A stretch of 64,000 bases of DNA. Source: Gaiellales bacterium. GTDB taxonomy: Bacteria; Actinomycetota; Thermoleophilia; Gaiellales; JAICJC01. A model generated the notes under the pieces. It saw only the letters and a program-made list of their open reading frames with translations. It was not told where the DNA came from and made no database searches. The stretch spans positions 4,721 to 68,720 of the forward strand of contig JBBRMM010000008.1 of NCBI GenBank assembly GCA_038230835.1, given 5' to 3'. This document shows, in pieces, positions 16,407 through 24,352 of this stretch; position 1 is the stretch's first letter, and each line of letters begins with the position of its first letter. The translations under genes and the position numbers were made by a program.

Positions 16407-17630
16407 TCAGCTCGGAGGCCCGCCCATTGGGATATGGCGGAACATCTTCCAGAAGCCGAGGTCGTAGGCGGTTTTGATCGCGCCGGCGATGAGGAAGGGG
16501 GCGCCGATGAGTGAGGCTTGGACGAGGGCGCCGGTGAGGAGTGGGCTGATGGGGCGAACGGCGTAGCGGGCGCTGTTGGTGTAAGCGGCTGCGGCTGTAC
16601 GTTCGGCGGGGGTGACCACGGCGGCGACGTATGCCTGGCGTGGTGGGACGTCCATCTGGGAAAGCGCGAACCGCCCGAGTAGGAGCGCGACGGCCGCTGG
16701 GAGATTCGGGGCGAGTGGTATGGCGGCGAGCAGCAGGTTGGAGGGTAGGTGGGTGAAGACCATGGTTGGGAGCGGTCCGATGCGTTGGCTGAGTCGCACG
16801 GCGGCTTGGAAGGACGCGGCTTGGAGGATGCCGATGGCGAAGAAGACCAGGCCGATCAGTTCGGGGGAGGCGCCGTAGCGGCGGGCGAGGTAGTAGGCGA
16901 TGTAGGCGTTGACGACGAAGCCGCCGCCGAAGCTGTCCAGCGCGAACAGGCCGGCCAGCCGCTTGACCATCGGCCGCGACCGCTCGAGGGTTGGGTGGGT
17001 TCGGCCGGTGTGTTCCTCGCCGCGTTCGATGCTCGGTGAGAGGCGAGTGGCGATCGGCAGCGCGGCCAGGGCGACGATGGGGTAGACGAGCAGCAGTCGC
17101 TGATCGCTGCCTGCGATGAATGTGAGCAGCGCGGCGAGGGCGGCGCCCAGTGAGCCGGCGAGGGTGGCGACGGTGTTGTAGCGGCCGAACAGACGCGTGG
17201 GATCACCAGAGACGGTGTGTGGCAGCATCGCCTGTTCGAGCGAGGTGAAGGGGCCGGACTCAACGACGTCGGGTGAGACTGTGCCGGTCAGCGCGGCCAG
17301 AACGAGCAGCGGCGGCCACGACGTGAGCGCAAAGGCGGCGCCGGCGCCCGCCATCAAGAGGAGCAGGGCAACGTAGCAGCGGCGACGGCCGACACGGTCG
17401 CCGTAGCGGCCGAGCAGCAGCGAGGCGACCGCGCTTCCGACCAGCAGGCTCGCCAACACCGCCCCAACGGCGATCCCGGACAGGCCGGCTTGGTTGAGGG
17501 TGACGCCGATCAGGACGCTGCCGGCGCCGTAGGCGACGGCGCGAAGCGCCTGGACGCGGATGATCAGTCGCGCATCGCGGGTCAGGCTGATGCGGCTCCC
17601 ACCTGCTCGCCTACCTGGTGTTTGCACCAT
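16407..17630 (-). CDS. MFS transporter
   Basis: 407-aa ORF with about 12 TM helices and an MFS loop motif LGRYGDRVGRRR. Confidence 0.8.
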   Translation of the reverse strand: MVQTPGRRAGGSRISLTRDARLIIRVQALRAVAYGAGSVLIGVTLNQAGLSGIAVGAVLASLLVGSAVASLLLGRYGDRVGRRRCYVALLLLMAGAGAAFALTSWPPLLVLAALTGTVSPDVVESGPFTSLEQAMLPHTVSGDPTRLFGRYNTVATLAGSLGAALAALLTFIAGSDQRLLLVYPIVALAALPIATRLSPSIERGEEHTGRTHPTLERSRPMVKRLAGLFALDSFGGGFVVNAYIAYYLARRYGASPELIGLVFFAIGILQAASFQAAVRLSQRIGPLPTMVFTHLPSNLLLAAIPLAPNLPAAVALLLGRFALSQMDVPPRQAYVAAVVTPAERTAAAAYTNSARYAVRPISPLLTGALVQASLIGAPFLIAGAIKTAYDLGFWKMFRHIPMGGPPS

Positions 17631-18037
17631 TCGTAGAGCGCGTCATAGACCGGAAGCTCCGTGGCTAGTTGGCGGTGGTCGTCGTCGGAGATCAGGAAGT
17701 GGAAGCCCTCGGCGATCGCTTGCAGTCCCGGCGATTGCGGCGTCGCGTCGCGATCCTCAGAGACGTCGGCGCCGTGCACGATGCGCGCCAGCATCTGTAC
17801 CGCCGGGTCGTCGATGGTGTGCTCTTCCACCAGGACCTCGAAGGAACAGAGGCCGTCACGGTGGGTGTAGCGCGCGCCGGGTGCGTCGTAGGAGTGCGCG
17901 CCCTCGCGCTCGGCGGCTTCGAGTACCTGATCGGCGGGGACGTACAGGAACTCGGCGTCGGAATCGATGAACTTTCGGATCAGCCAGGGACAGGCGATGC
18001 GATCGGTCTTTGGGTGTTCGCGTGTAACCCACTTCAT
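17582..18037 (-). CDS. Chromate-resistance ChrB C-terminal-domain protein (stand-alone)
   Basis: ORF 17582..18277, trimmed to MKWVTREHPKTDRIACPWLIRKFID..., with an AAGGAGG RBS upstream. Paralogue of 20165..20599. Confidence 0.75.
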   Translation of the reverse strand: MKWVTREHPKTDRIACPWLIRKFIDSDAEFLYVPADQVLEAAEREGAHSYDAPGARYTHRDGLCSFEVLVEEHTIDDPAVQMLARIVHGADVSEDRDATPQSPGLQAIAEGFHFLISDDDHRQLATELPVYDALYEWCKHQVGEQVGAASA

Positions 18038-18050
18038 GGTACGCCTCCTT

Positions 18051-19259
18051 TTAGGCGAGAATAAGACCGGCAATGCCGGCGGCAACAACGACGTACGGCT
18101 CCTTGACGTTAAAGCGCCACAGCACAGCAAGCGCGATGCCGTACACGAGAATGGTTTTCCAGTCGACGATCGCGCCGCGAGCAAGCACGTAGCTGGCGCC
18201 TGCGATGGCGCCGACAGCGGCGGCCGTCGCGCCCTTGACGAAGCCCTGCACGCGGCGATTCTTCTGGTGTCGAACAAACCAACGGCCGGGAATCACGACG
18301 AAGAAGAACACCGGCAGAAAGATCGCGACCGTGGCGATCACGGCGCCGCTCATCTCGCCGGCGAGGTAGCCGACGAAGGTCGACATGATCACCACGGGGC
18401 CGGGGGAAATCAGTCCCATCGCGACGGCGTCGAGGAACTGGCGCTCGGTCACCCAGTGATACGAGTCGACCACGCCGTGGTGCATGAACGGGATGATCGC
18501 CAGCCCCGAGCCAAAGGTGAACGCGCCCGCTTCGACGAAGAACGCCGCCAAACCGACCGAGCCAGTCAGTGCAAGACCACCGGTCAGCCCGCCCGCCAGT
18601 ACAGGGAGCGGCACGACCGATACGGCACCTCGGCGCAGCCAGTCCGGGATGCCGCCCCCGTAGACGATCGTACCGAAGAGTCCGGCGACGATGAACAGCG
18701 GCGCGATCTCGGCACCTGCGATGGCGGTGATCAGGCCCAGGATCAGTGCGATCGTCCACAGGATGGGGTCGCGCTTGTTGGTGGTTCGGGCGAGCTTGAT
18801 CGCCGCCAAGGTGATGATCGCGATCGCCGCCGGGCCAATGCCGTAGAACAGCTTGTGCACCACTGATAATCCCTGGTAGTGCGCGTAGACGACGGCGACG
18901 GCCAGCACGAACAGGAACGCCGGTCCGATGAACACCAGCGACACCAAAAGCGCGCCCACCCAGCCGCGGCGGATGTAGCCCAGCCACATCGCAAGTTGGG
19001 CTGCCAGCGGGCCGGGCATCGTCTGAGCCAGCGCGAGGCCGTTGAGATACTCGCTCTCGGTGTACCAGCCGCGCCGCTCGACGAGGTCGCGCTGCATGTA
19101 GCCCGCCAAGGCGATCGGCCCACCGAATCCGAGCGCCCCGAGTCGAAGGAAATATCGAACGATCGCCGCGAAGTCCGGCGCCGCATGCTCGGCCGGTTCG
19201 GTCGTTTCGGGGATCCCATTGAGCTGCGGGTTACTCGTCGACATAGACGGCCGCTCCAC
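18051..19259 (-). CDS. chrA: Chromate ion transporter
   Basis: 402-aa ORF with LGALGFGGPIALAGYMQRDLVERRGW... and a duplicated CHR domain architecture. Confidence 0.9.
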   Translation of the reverse strand: MERPSMSTSNPQLNGIPETTEPAEHAAPDFAAIVRYFLRLGALGFGGPIALAGYMQRDLVERRGWYTESEYLNGLALAQTMPGPLAAQLAMWLGYIRRGWVGALLVSLVFIGPAFLFVLAVAVVYAHYQGLSVVHKLFYGIGPAAIAIITLAAIKLARTTNKRDPILWTIALILGLITAIAGAEIAPLFIVAGLFGTIVYGGGIPDWLRRGAVSVVPLPVLAGGLTGGLALTGSVGLAAFFVEAGAFTFGSGLAIIPFMHHGVVDSYHWVTERQFLDAVAMGLISPGPVVIMSTFVGYLAGEMSGAVIATVAIFLPVFFFVVIPGRWFVRHQKNRRVQGFVKGATAAAVGAIAGASYVLARGAIVDWKTILVYGIALAVLWRFNVKEPYVVVAAGIAGLILA

Positions 19260-20136
19260 TGCTGGATGGTTGAAACACGTACAGCGCGCGTTCGGATTGA
19301 TTCCACGCCGTCGTGTGCGCGCCCGATTCGGTCATCACGGTTTCGAGGTGGGCGAGCTCTGCGGTGTCGAACACGCTGACGCACCCTGGATCGCCAACCG
19401 CGACGTACAGCCGCGCCCGTTCGGGGTCGTGCCAGACGACGTCGGGCACCCCCGGCAGTGGCAGGGTCGCCTCGACGAGGCCGGAGTCCGCGTCGAGCAC
19501 GACCACCGCTCCACCGTCCGCCGCGCAGTACAGCCGCTGTCCGTCGAAGGCCAGGCCGTGCGGCCCATCCACCGGCACGTCCAACGCTCGGTCGACCTGC
19601 AGCGTCGCGGCGTTCAACGCGAGGATCTGCGCTGGGCTGCTGATATTCGCAAAGACGACATCGCGCGTCGCGTCGTACGTCGCCCATCGCGGTCGCCCCG
19701 GAAGCGGGGCGGTATCGACAACCCTCGCCGAGTCGACATCAACGATCGACAGCGTCGGATCGTGTCCGGGCGGGTGACCCAGATTGAGCACGAACAAGTG
19801 GCGTCGCGCCTTGTCGAATGCGAGCCCATTTGGATGCGCGCCAACGCCGACGCGCGCGACGAGTTCCTCATCGTCACACCGCCACATCGAAACGCGCGCG
19901 CAGCCGCGATCCGAGGAGAACAGCAGGTCATGCTCGTGGTCGATGAGCACGCCCGCCACGCCGGGCAGCTGCTCGAGTGATCGCAGATAGCTCCGCGATG
20001 CGCAGTCGAGCACGTCGATGCGATCCGCCCCGGTGTGTGCGACGTAGATGCGCTCACCGCGATAGCAGTCCGCATGATCGAACCCCGGCTCGCGCCCCGG
20101 AGGCACCGCGATGAATCCCCTCCGAGTCAGCGCCAT
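19231..20136 (-). CDS. YVTN/YncE-like beta-propeller protein
   Basis: ORF 19231..20223, trimmed to MALTRRGF. Repetitive blades are visible (..RIYVAH..DRIDVLD.., ..HLFVLNLG.., ..RLYCAADGGAVVVLD.., ..RLYVAVGDPGCVSVFD..). Confidence 0.7.
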   Translation of the reverse strand: MALTRRGFIAVPPGREPGFDHADCYRGERIYVAHTGADRIDVLDCASRSYLRSLEQLPGVAGVLIDHEHDLLFSSDRGCARVSMWRCDDEELVARVGVGAHPNGLAFDKARRHLFVLNLGHPPGHDPTLSIVDVDSARVVDTAPLPGRPRWATYDATRDVVFANISSPAQILALNAATLQVDRALDVPVDGPHGLAFDGQRLYCAADGGAVVVLDADSGLVEATLPLPGVPDVVWHDPERARLYVAVGDPGCVSVFDTAELAHLETVMTESGAHTTAWNQSERALYVFQPSSSGAAVYVDE

Positions 20137-20164
20137 GAGCACACCCCTGCGATACCTGGTCGTT

Positions 20165-20599
20165 TCACGCGGGCTCCCGCCCGAGCAACAGCGCGCGCCT
20201 GCGATATTCGTACAGTCCGTCAAACAGCGGGGCCGACCATGCCAGCATCTGCTCGTCGTCCCCAGAGATCATCGAGAGGCCGCGGAGCAGGATGTCAAGG
20301 CCCGGCCCCTCAGGCGCGTCGTAGCGCTCGTCAGCCAGATCGGCCTCATGAATCGCACGGCCGATCTCCACGAGCGCCGGATCGTCGAGCTCGTACCGAC
20401 GCAGAAACGCCTCGAAGCTACATTCGCCGCTGTGGTGGCCGAGCTCGACGCCGCGCATGTCAAAGGGTATGGCATAGGTGGGGACGTCGTCTGGATCGTC
20501 CACGAACACGAACTCCGCGTCCTGATCAACGAAGCGGCGGATCAGCCACGCGCAGGCCGCACGATCCACGTGGCAGTTCTTGCGCGTCGCCCATTTCAT
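20165..20599 (-). CDS. ChrB C-terminal-domain protein
   Basis: 144-aa ORF: MKWATRKNCHVDRAACAWLIRRFVDQDAEFVFV.... ATGA overlap with the ChrB-N gene upstream. Confidence 0.75.
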   Translation of the reverse strand: MKWATRKNCHVDRAACAWLIRRFVDQDAEFVFVDDPDDVPTYAIPFDMRGVELGHHSGECSFEAFLRRYELDDPALVEIGRAIHEADLADERYDAPEGPGLDILLRGLSMISGDDEQMLAWSAPLFDGLYEYRRRALLLGREPA

Positions 20600-21069
20600 G
20601 CCGCCGCCTCCACCGCGTTCGCGAGCCTCTCCACCGCGTCACTCGCAAGCTCGCGCTCCACCGGCGGGAAGTAGTCGCGCGAACCGATCCGTCGAAGCTC
20701 GCGACGCAGGCGCGCCAGCGTCCGACGCTGCTCAGACGGTGACCTGCCGACACCCCCCGCCGCCGCATCGATCACCGAGCGGTACTCCTCCGCGATCGCG
20801 GCCGCCATCTGCCCGGCCAACGCGCGCTCCTGAGCCGCCGACGCTGCCTCAGCCAGCCACAGCGTCGCCACGCCCCCGGCATCGGCCACCTCGTCAGCCA
20901 ACCACTCCATCTGCTCGCGCGTGCGGGCGTCGAGCGGCAGCGCCACCAACCCGTCCGTCAGCTGCACCACGCCCAATCGTCGCAGCTGCCGCCACACCGC
21001 GATCCGCGGCGTCGACGGCTCACGCGGCAGCCGGTACGCCAAGAACACCCATCGGATCCGCCCACTCAC
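20596..21069 (-). CDS. ChrB N-terminal-domain protein (split chrB)
   Basis: 157-aa ORF with a GTG start: ...WVFLAYRLPREPSTPRIAVWRQLRRLGVVQLTDGLVALP.... Confidence 0.7.
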   Translation of the reverse strand: MSGRIRWVFLAYRLPREPSTPRIAVWRQLRRLGVVQLTDGLVALPLDARTREQMEWLADEVADAGGVATLWLAEAASAAQERALAGQMAAAIAEEYRSVIDAAAGGVGRSPSEQRRTLARLRRELRRIGSRDYFPPVERELASDAVERLANAVEAAA

Positions 21070-21338
21070 ATCACGCAGTATAATGTAACCGAGGTTTCAA
21101 CACACCCCAGGTTCACGACTAAACCGACGCGGCCCACCGACCGCGGTGCCGGCCTCGGCCTTCCTATCGTCGCGTCAATCGCCGAGGGCACGCCGGCTCC
21201 GCGCACGCCACTCCACGCCGCCCGCGACCAACCAGCGGACGTCGGGCTCATCAGAGCCGACTGCCCACGGCTAACTTCCTGCATGACCGCGACAGCGCAG
21301 CCTGCCGACCGCTGAGGCACGTCGGACGGATCGATAAC

Positions 21339-22220
21339 ATGGACGCCATGCCACCGCTACGACACACCCATTCCTCAACTGACCCGAGCGGGGATTCGCA
21401 TACGCACGAGCATAGCCACGGAACGCTCGTCCACAGCCACGCCCACGTCCACGTGATCGACCTCGATCACAACGACCTACGGGCACACGACCACGAGCAC
21501 CCCCACCAGCATGACGACACCCACGAACACGACCACGACGATCCGCACGACCATGAGCACCCCCACCACCACGAAGGCGCGCACGGCCACTCACATGGCC
21601 TGGTCGACCGGTCGATCCTGCGATCCCGCGACGGCGTTCGCACAGTCGCGATCAGCCTCGGCGTGCTCGGCCTCACCGCCGCCATCCAGGCGCTCGTGTT
21701 CGTCCTCTCCGGATCCGTCGCACTGCTGGCGGACATGATCCACAACTTCGGCGACGCTCTAACCGCGGTACCGCTTGGGATCGCGTTCCTGCTCCGCTCA
21801 TACCGAGGCGAGAAGGTCGCCGGCCTGTTCGTCGTTCTGGCCATCTTCGTTTCCGCCTGCGTCGCGCTCTACGAGACCATCCAGCGGTTCATTCACCCAC
21901 AACACCTCTCCCATCTGGGCGTCTTGGCAGCCGCCGGCCTTGTCGGGTTCATCGGAAACGAGATCGCCGCCCGCGTCCGCCTCCGCGGCGGCCAACGCCT
22001 CCGAAGCCCAGCGCTCATCGCCGACGGAAACCACGCCCGCGTCGACGGCTACGTCTCCCTCACCGTCATCGCAAGCGCCTTCTTCGTCTGGATCGGCTGG
22101 AACATCGCCGACCCCCTCATCGGCATCGCCATCACCCTCGTCATCCTCAAGATCACCTGGGACAGCTGGCACGTCATCTCCCGCACCGAACCAGGCGAGG
22201 AACCCGCCCCCCACCAATAG
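21339..22220 (+). CDS. Cation diffusion facilitator with about 85-aa His/Asp-rich N-terminus and no obvious C-terminal cytoplasmic domain
   Basis: 293-aa ORF with HTHEHSHGTLVHSHAHVHVIDLDHNDLRAHDHEHPHQHDDTHEHDHDDPHDHEHPHHHEGAHGHSHG followed by SVALLADMIHNFGDAL TM helices. Confidence 0.85.
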   Translation: MDAMPPLRHTHSSTDPSGDSHTHEHSHGTLVHSHAHVHVIDLDHNDLRAHDHEHPHQHDDTHEHDHDDPHDHEHPHHHEGAHGHSHGLVDRSILRSRDGVRTVAISLGVLGLTAAIQALVFVLSGSVALLADMIHNFGDALTAVPLGIAFLLRSYRGEKVAGLFVVLAIFVSACVALYETIQRFIHPQHLSHLGVLAAAGLVGFIGNEIAARVRLRGGQRLRSPALIADGNHARVDGYVSLTVIASAFFVWIGWNIADPLIGIAITLVILKITWDSWHVISRTEPGEEPAPHQ

Positions 22221-22284
22221 CGCCGAACTTCTCGCTCGTCCGTCGGGGGCGCAACGGGGCGCGCCGGGAGCCCCTGAGGCGCCT

Positions 22285-22339
22285 GGGTAAGCCAAACCCG
22301 TCCCGTCTTCATGTAGCCCGTGCGTTGGTAGGTTCGACC
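22285..22339. repeat. Structured intergenic repeat, copy B (shorter, degenerate)
   Basis: GGGTAAGCCAAACCCGTCCCGTCTTCATGTAGCCCGTGCGTTGGTAGGTTCGACC. Shares GCCAAAC and CGTCTTCA with copy C, and ATGTA.CC..TGCGTTGGTAGGTTCG with copy A. Confidence 0.45.
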
Positions 22340-22477
22340 AGCACGGACACTAACCGTGGGCGTCGGGACTGCGTACAAACCGGCGTTTATCCCTGGTGAC
22401 GCTGCTGGAGGATGAAGCTGTCCCAGAGCGGGCCACGATCGTGGCGGGTGGCATGGAAGCCGCGTGAGGTCGCGACC

Positions 22478-22930
22478 TCAAGTATCTGCGCGTGTGGGTG
22501 GACGTAGCCGCGGAAGGCGATTCGAGGTCAGCGCCTCGGCGTCGGGGTAGCAGCAGATGACGCGGTGCATGATCACGATGTCGGCGACCGGCACCTGATC
22601 TGGTTGCTGAGCGAAATCTGCGATGTGGCGCTCGACCCGGTCCTCCACGCGGTGCTCTGAGATGAGTGAGCGGGCGGTGTCTTCGTAGTTGTCGATGATC
22701 TCGACGTTCGTGGCGTGGCTCGCCCCGGCTTCGAGCAGTTCGATCTGCAGGCTGCCGATGCCACCGCCGACCTCGAGCACGGAGTGTTTGTTCACTCCCT
22801 CGTCGGTGAGCGCGTTGAGGAGCCATCCGGCGGAGCCGGTGAGGCCTTTGCGGCGGTAGCGGCGCGCGTCTCGTTCGACGGTCTTTGTGCCGAAGATGGT
22901 TCGGTAGCCGGTTGGTGTGCAGCAGTTCAT
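22478..22930 (-). CDS. Class I SAM-dependent methyltransferase, 3' end apparently deleted or frameshifted
   Basis: 150-aa ORF: MNCCTPTGYRTIFGTKTVERDARRYRRKGL...VLEVGGGIGSLQ...HRVICCYPDAEAL. The family-like C-terminus (AFRGYVHPHAQILEVATSRGFHATRHDRGPLWDSFILQQRHQG, stop 22387-22389) is in another frame. Confidence 0.6.
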   Translation of the reverse strand: MNCCTPTGYRTIFGTKTVERDARRYRRKGLTGSAGWLLNALTDEGVNKHSVLEVGGGIGSLQIELLEAGASHATNVEIIDNYEDTARSLISEHRVEDRVERHIADFAQQPDQVPVADIVIMHRVICCYPDAEALTSNRLPRLRPPTRADT

Positions 22931-23060
22931 GTAGCAAATGGCTTGGTCGTTTCGATGGTGGCTCCTTGGGCGCCGACCTTCTCGGCCTTCTGCGGGTGTC
23001 CGCGAACGCGGAGCGGGCGTGGTTGATCAGGTCACTGGTCGGAGTTCGCACTAAGATCGG
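22927..23060 (-). pseudogene. Decayed duplicate of the 3' end of the ArsM-like methyltransferase gene
   Basis: ..TSDLINHARSAFADTR, a 1-nt deletion, then QKAEKVGAQGATIETTKPFAT-stop. This parallels TGDLIDTYAHSAFHDTRQKAEKYGARGATIKATKPSAT-stop at 23486..23600. The similarity is also visible at nucleotide level. Confidence 0.6.
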
Positions 23061-23076
23061 CGCCGCGGTTCGTCTG

Positions 23077-23451
23077 CTAGTAGCTGAAGACGGTCGCGCC
23101 GTCGCCGATCCATTCCCAGAGTGGTGTTGCGCCGCCGATCTGAGCGTGCTTGAGGAGGGCGTCCTCGGAGAGTTTGCGGGCGCTGAAGCAGATCGGGCAG
23201 ACGAGCAGTCGCCCACCGGCCTCTGCGTATTGCGCAGCGAGCGTCTGAAGCGGTGGGCAGCCGTCGCAGGCAACGCCCTGGGCCATGCCTGGGAGCGCGA
23301 GGCGCACGGCCTCCTTGGTCAGGAACATTGTCACCTGTTTGCCGGCGGTGGCGGCCGCCCCGGCGATCAGGAACGCCACCGTTACCCGCTCGGGATCTTC
23401 GAGTCCGGTCGCGAGGTTGACGACCACCTTGCTGCTTTGGTTCGCGCTCAT
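23077..23451 (-). CDS. DsrE/DsrF-like sulfur-relay family protein
   Basis: 124-aa ORF with a GAGGAGG RBS. Sequence VVVNLATGLEDPERVTVAFLIAGAAA...VACDGCPP...LLVCPICFSARKL. Confidence 0.8.
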   Translation of the reverse strand: MSANQSSKVVVNLATGLEDPERVTVAFLIAGAAATAGKQVTMFLTKEAVRLALPGMAQGVACDGCPPLQTLAAQYAEAGGRLLVCPICFSARKLSEDALLKHAQIGGATPLWEWIGDGATVFSY

Positions 23452-23485
23452 TGCAATCCTCCTCGTGTTGGATGGGTCGTGTAGT

Positions 23486-24280
23486 TCACGTAGCCGATGG
23501 CTTGGTGGCTTTGATGGTCGCGCCGCGGGCGCCGTACTTCTCTGCCTTCTGGCGGGTGTCGTGGAATGCCGAGTGGGCGTAGGTGTCGATCAGGTCGCCG
23601 GTCTCGATGTCTGTGAATCCGTGGCGCAGTAGGCGGCTCTCGTACTCTGCTTCCAGCAGAGCTCCTGCGATTCAACCGGCCCACAGGTCGATGTCTCGCC
23701 TTCCCTCGTCAGAGACCGGGTGGTGGATGGTGACGTCGGCCAGTTGGATGCGGCCGCCGGGTCGCAGCACGCGGACGATCTCGGAAAAGACGGCGTCCTT
23801 GTCGGGGATCAGGTCGATGACGCCGTTTGAGATCACGACATCGAAGCTTGCGTCGGCGAACGGCAGCTGCTCGGCGCTGCCCTGGACGATCGTGACGGTG
23901 TCGAGTCCTATCTCGGCGGCTGACCGGCGTGCTTTGGCGGTCATCTCGGGGGTCATGTCGATGCCGGTCACCGAGCCGGTTGGGCCGACCATCTGCGCTG
24001 CGATGAGTGTGTCCAGGCCGGCGCCGCAGCCGACGTCCAGTACATCCTCACCGGCGCCTAGCGATCCGAGCACGAAGGGGTTTGCGACTCCGGCGAACGA
24101 CTCGCGGGACGTCTCAGGGATGCGCGCCAGCAGATCGGCGGGGTAGTCGAGATCCTGCGCCCAGGCGCGGCCGGTGGGGAACATGAAGTCGCGGTCCGGC
24201 TCGCGCGACACCGCCGCGTAGGTGCGCTGGATCTCCGAGCGCAAAAGCTCGACATCCAGCCCCTCCACCTCTACCGCCAT
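23486..24280 (-). CDS. ArsM/UbiE-like SAM methyltransferase read through an in-frame TGA (23672-23674): candidate selenoprotein (264 codons, putative Sec at 203)
   Basis: Track ORF 23672..24280 has VLDVGCGAGLD and VISNGVIDL and ends ...DIDLWAG-TGA. The same frame continues for 61 stop-free codons, IAGALLEAEYESRLLRHGFTDIE...ATIKATKPSAT, matching the ArsM GC(I/V)AGAL... C-terminal domain. The extension has no start codon of its own. Confidence 0.6.
23645..23661 (-). promoter_or_regulatory. SECIS-like hairpin downstream of the in-frame TGA
   Basis: On the coding strand, CTCTGCT-GGA-AGCAGAG forms a perfect 7-bp stem starting 11 nt after the TGA, with G residues in the apical loop. Confidence 0.4.
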
Positions 24281-24352
24281 GACGACCTCCGATCCACAAA
24301 ACCACGGGATGCGAGCAGGGCGTGGTTCATGAGCACGATCCTCCTTGGGTTG

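Noticed and set aside
21070-21338. NiCo (czcD-motif) riboswitch upstream of the His-rich CDF
   Set aside because: I could not identify the four-way-junction consensus from memory, and only one ACAG element is present. A covariance-model scan is needed, so no call was made.
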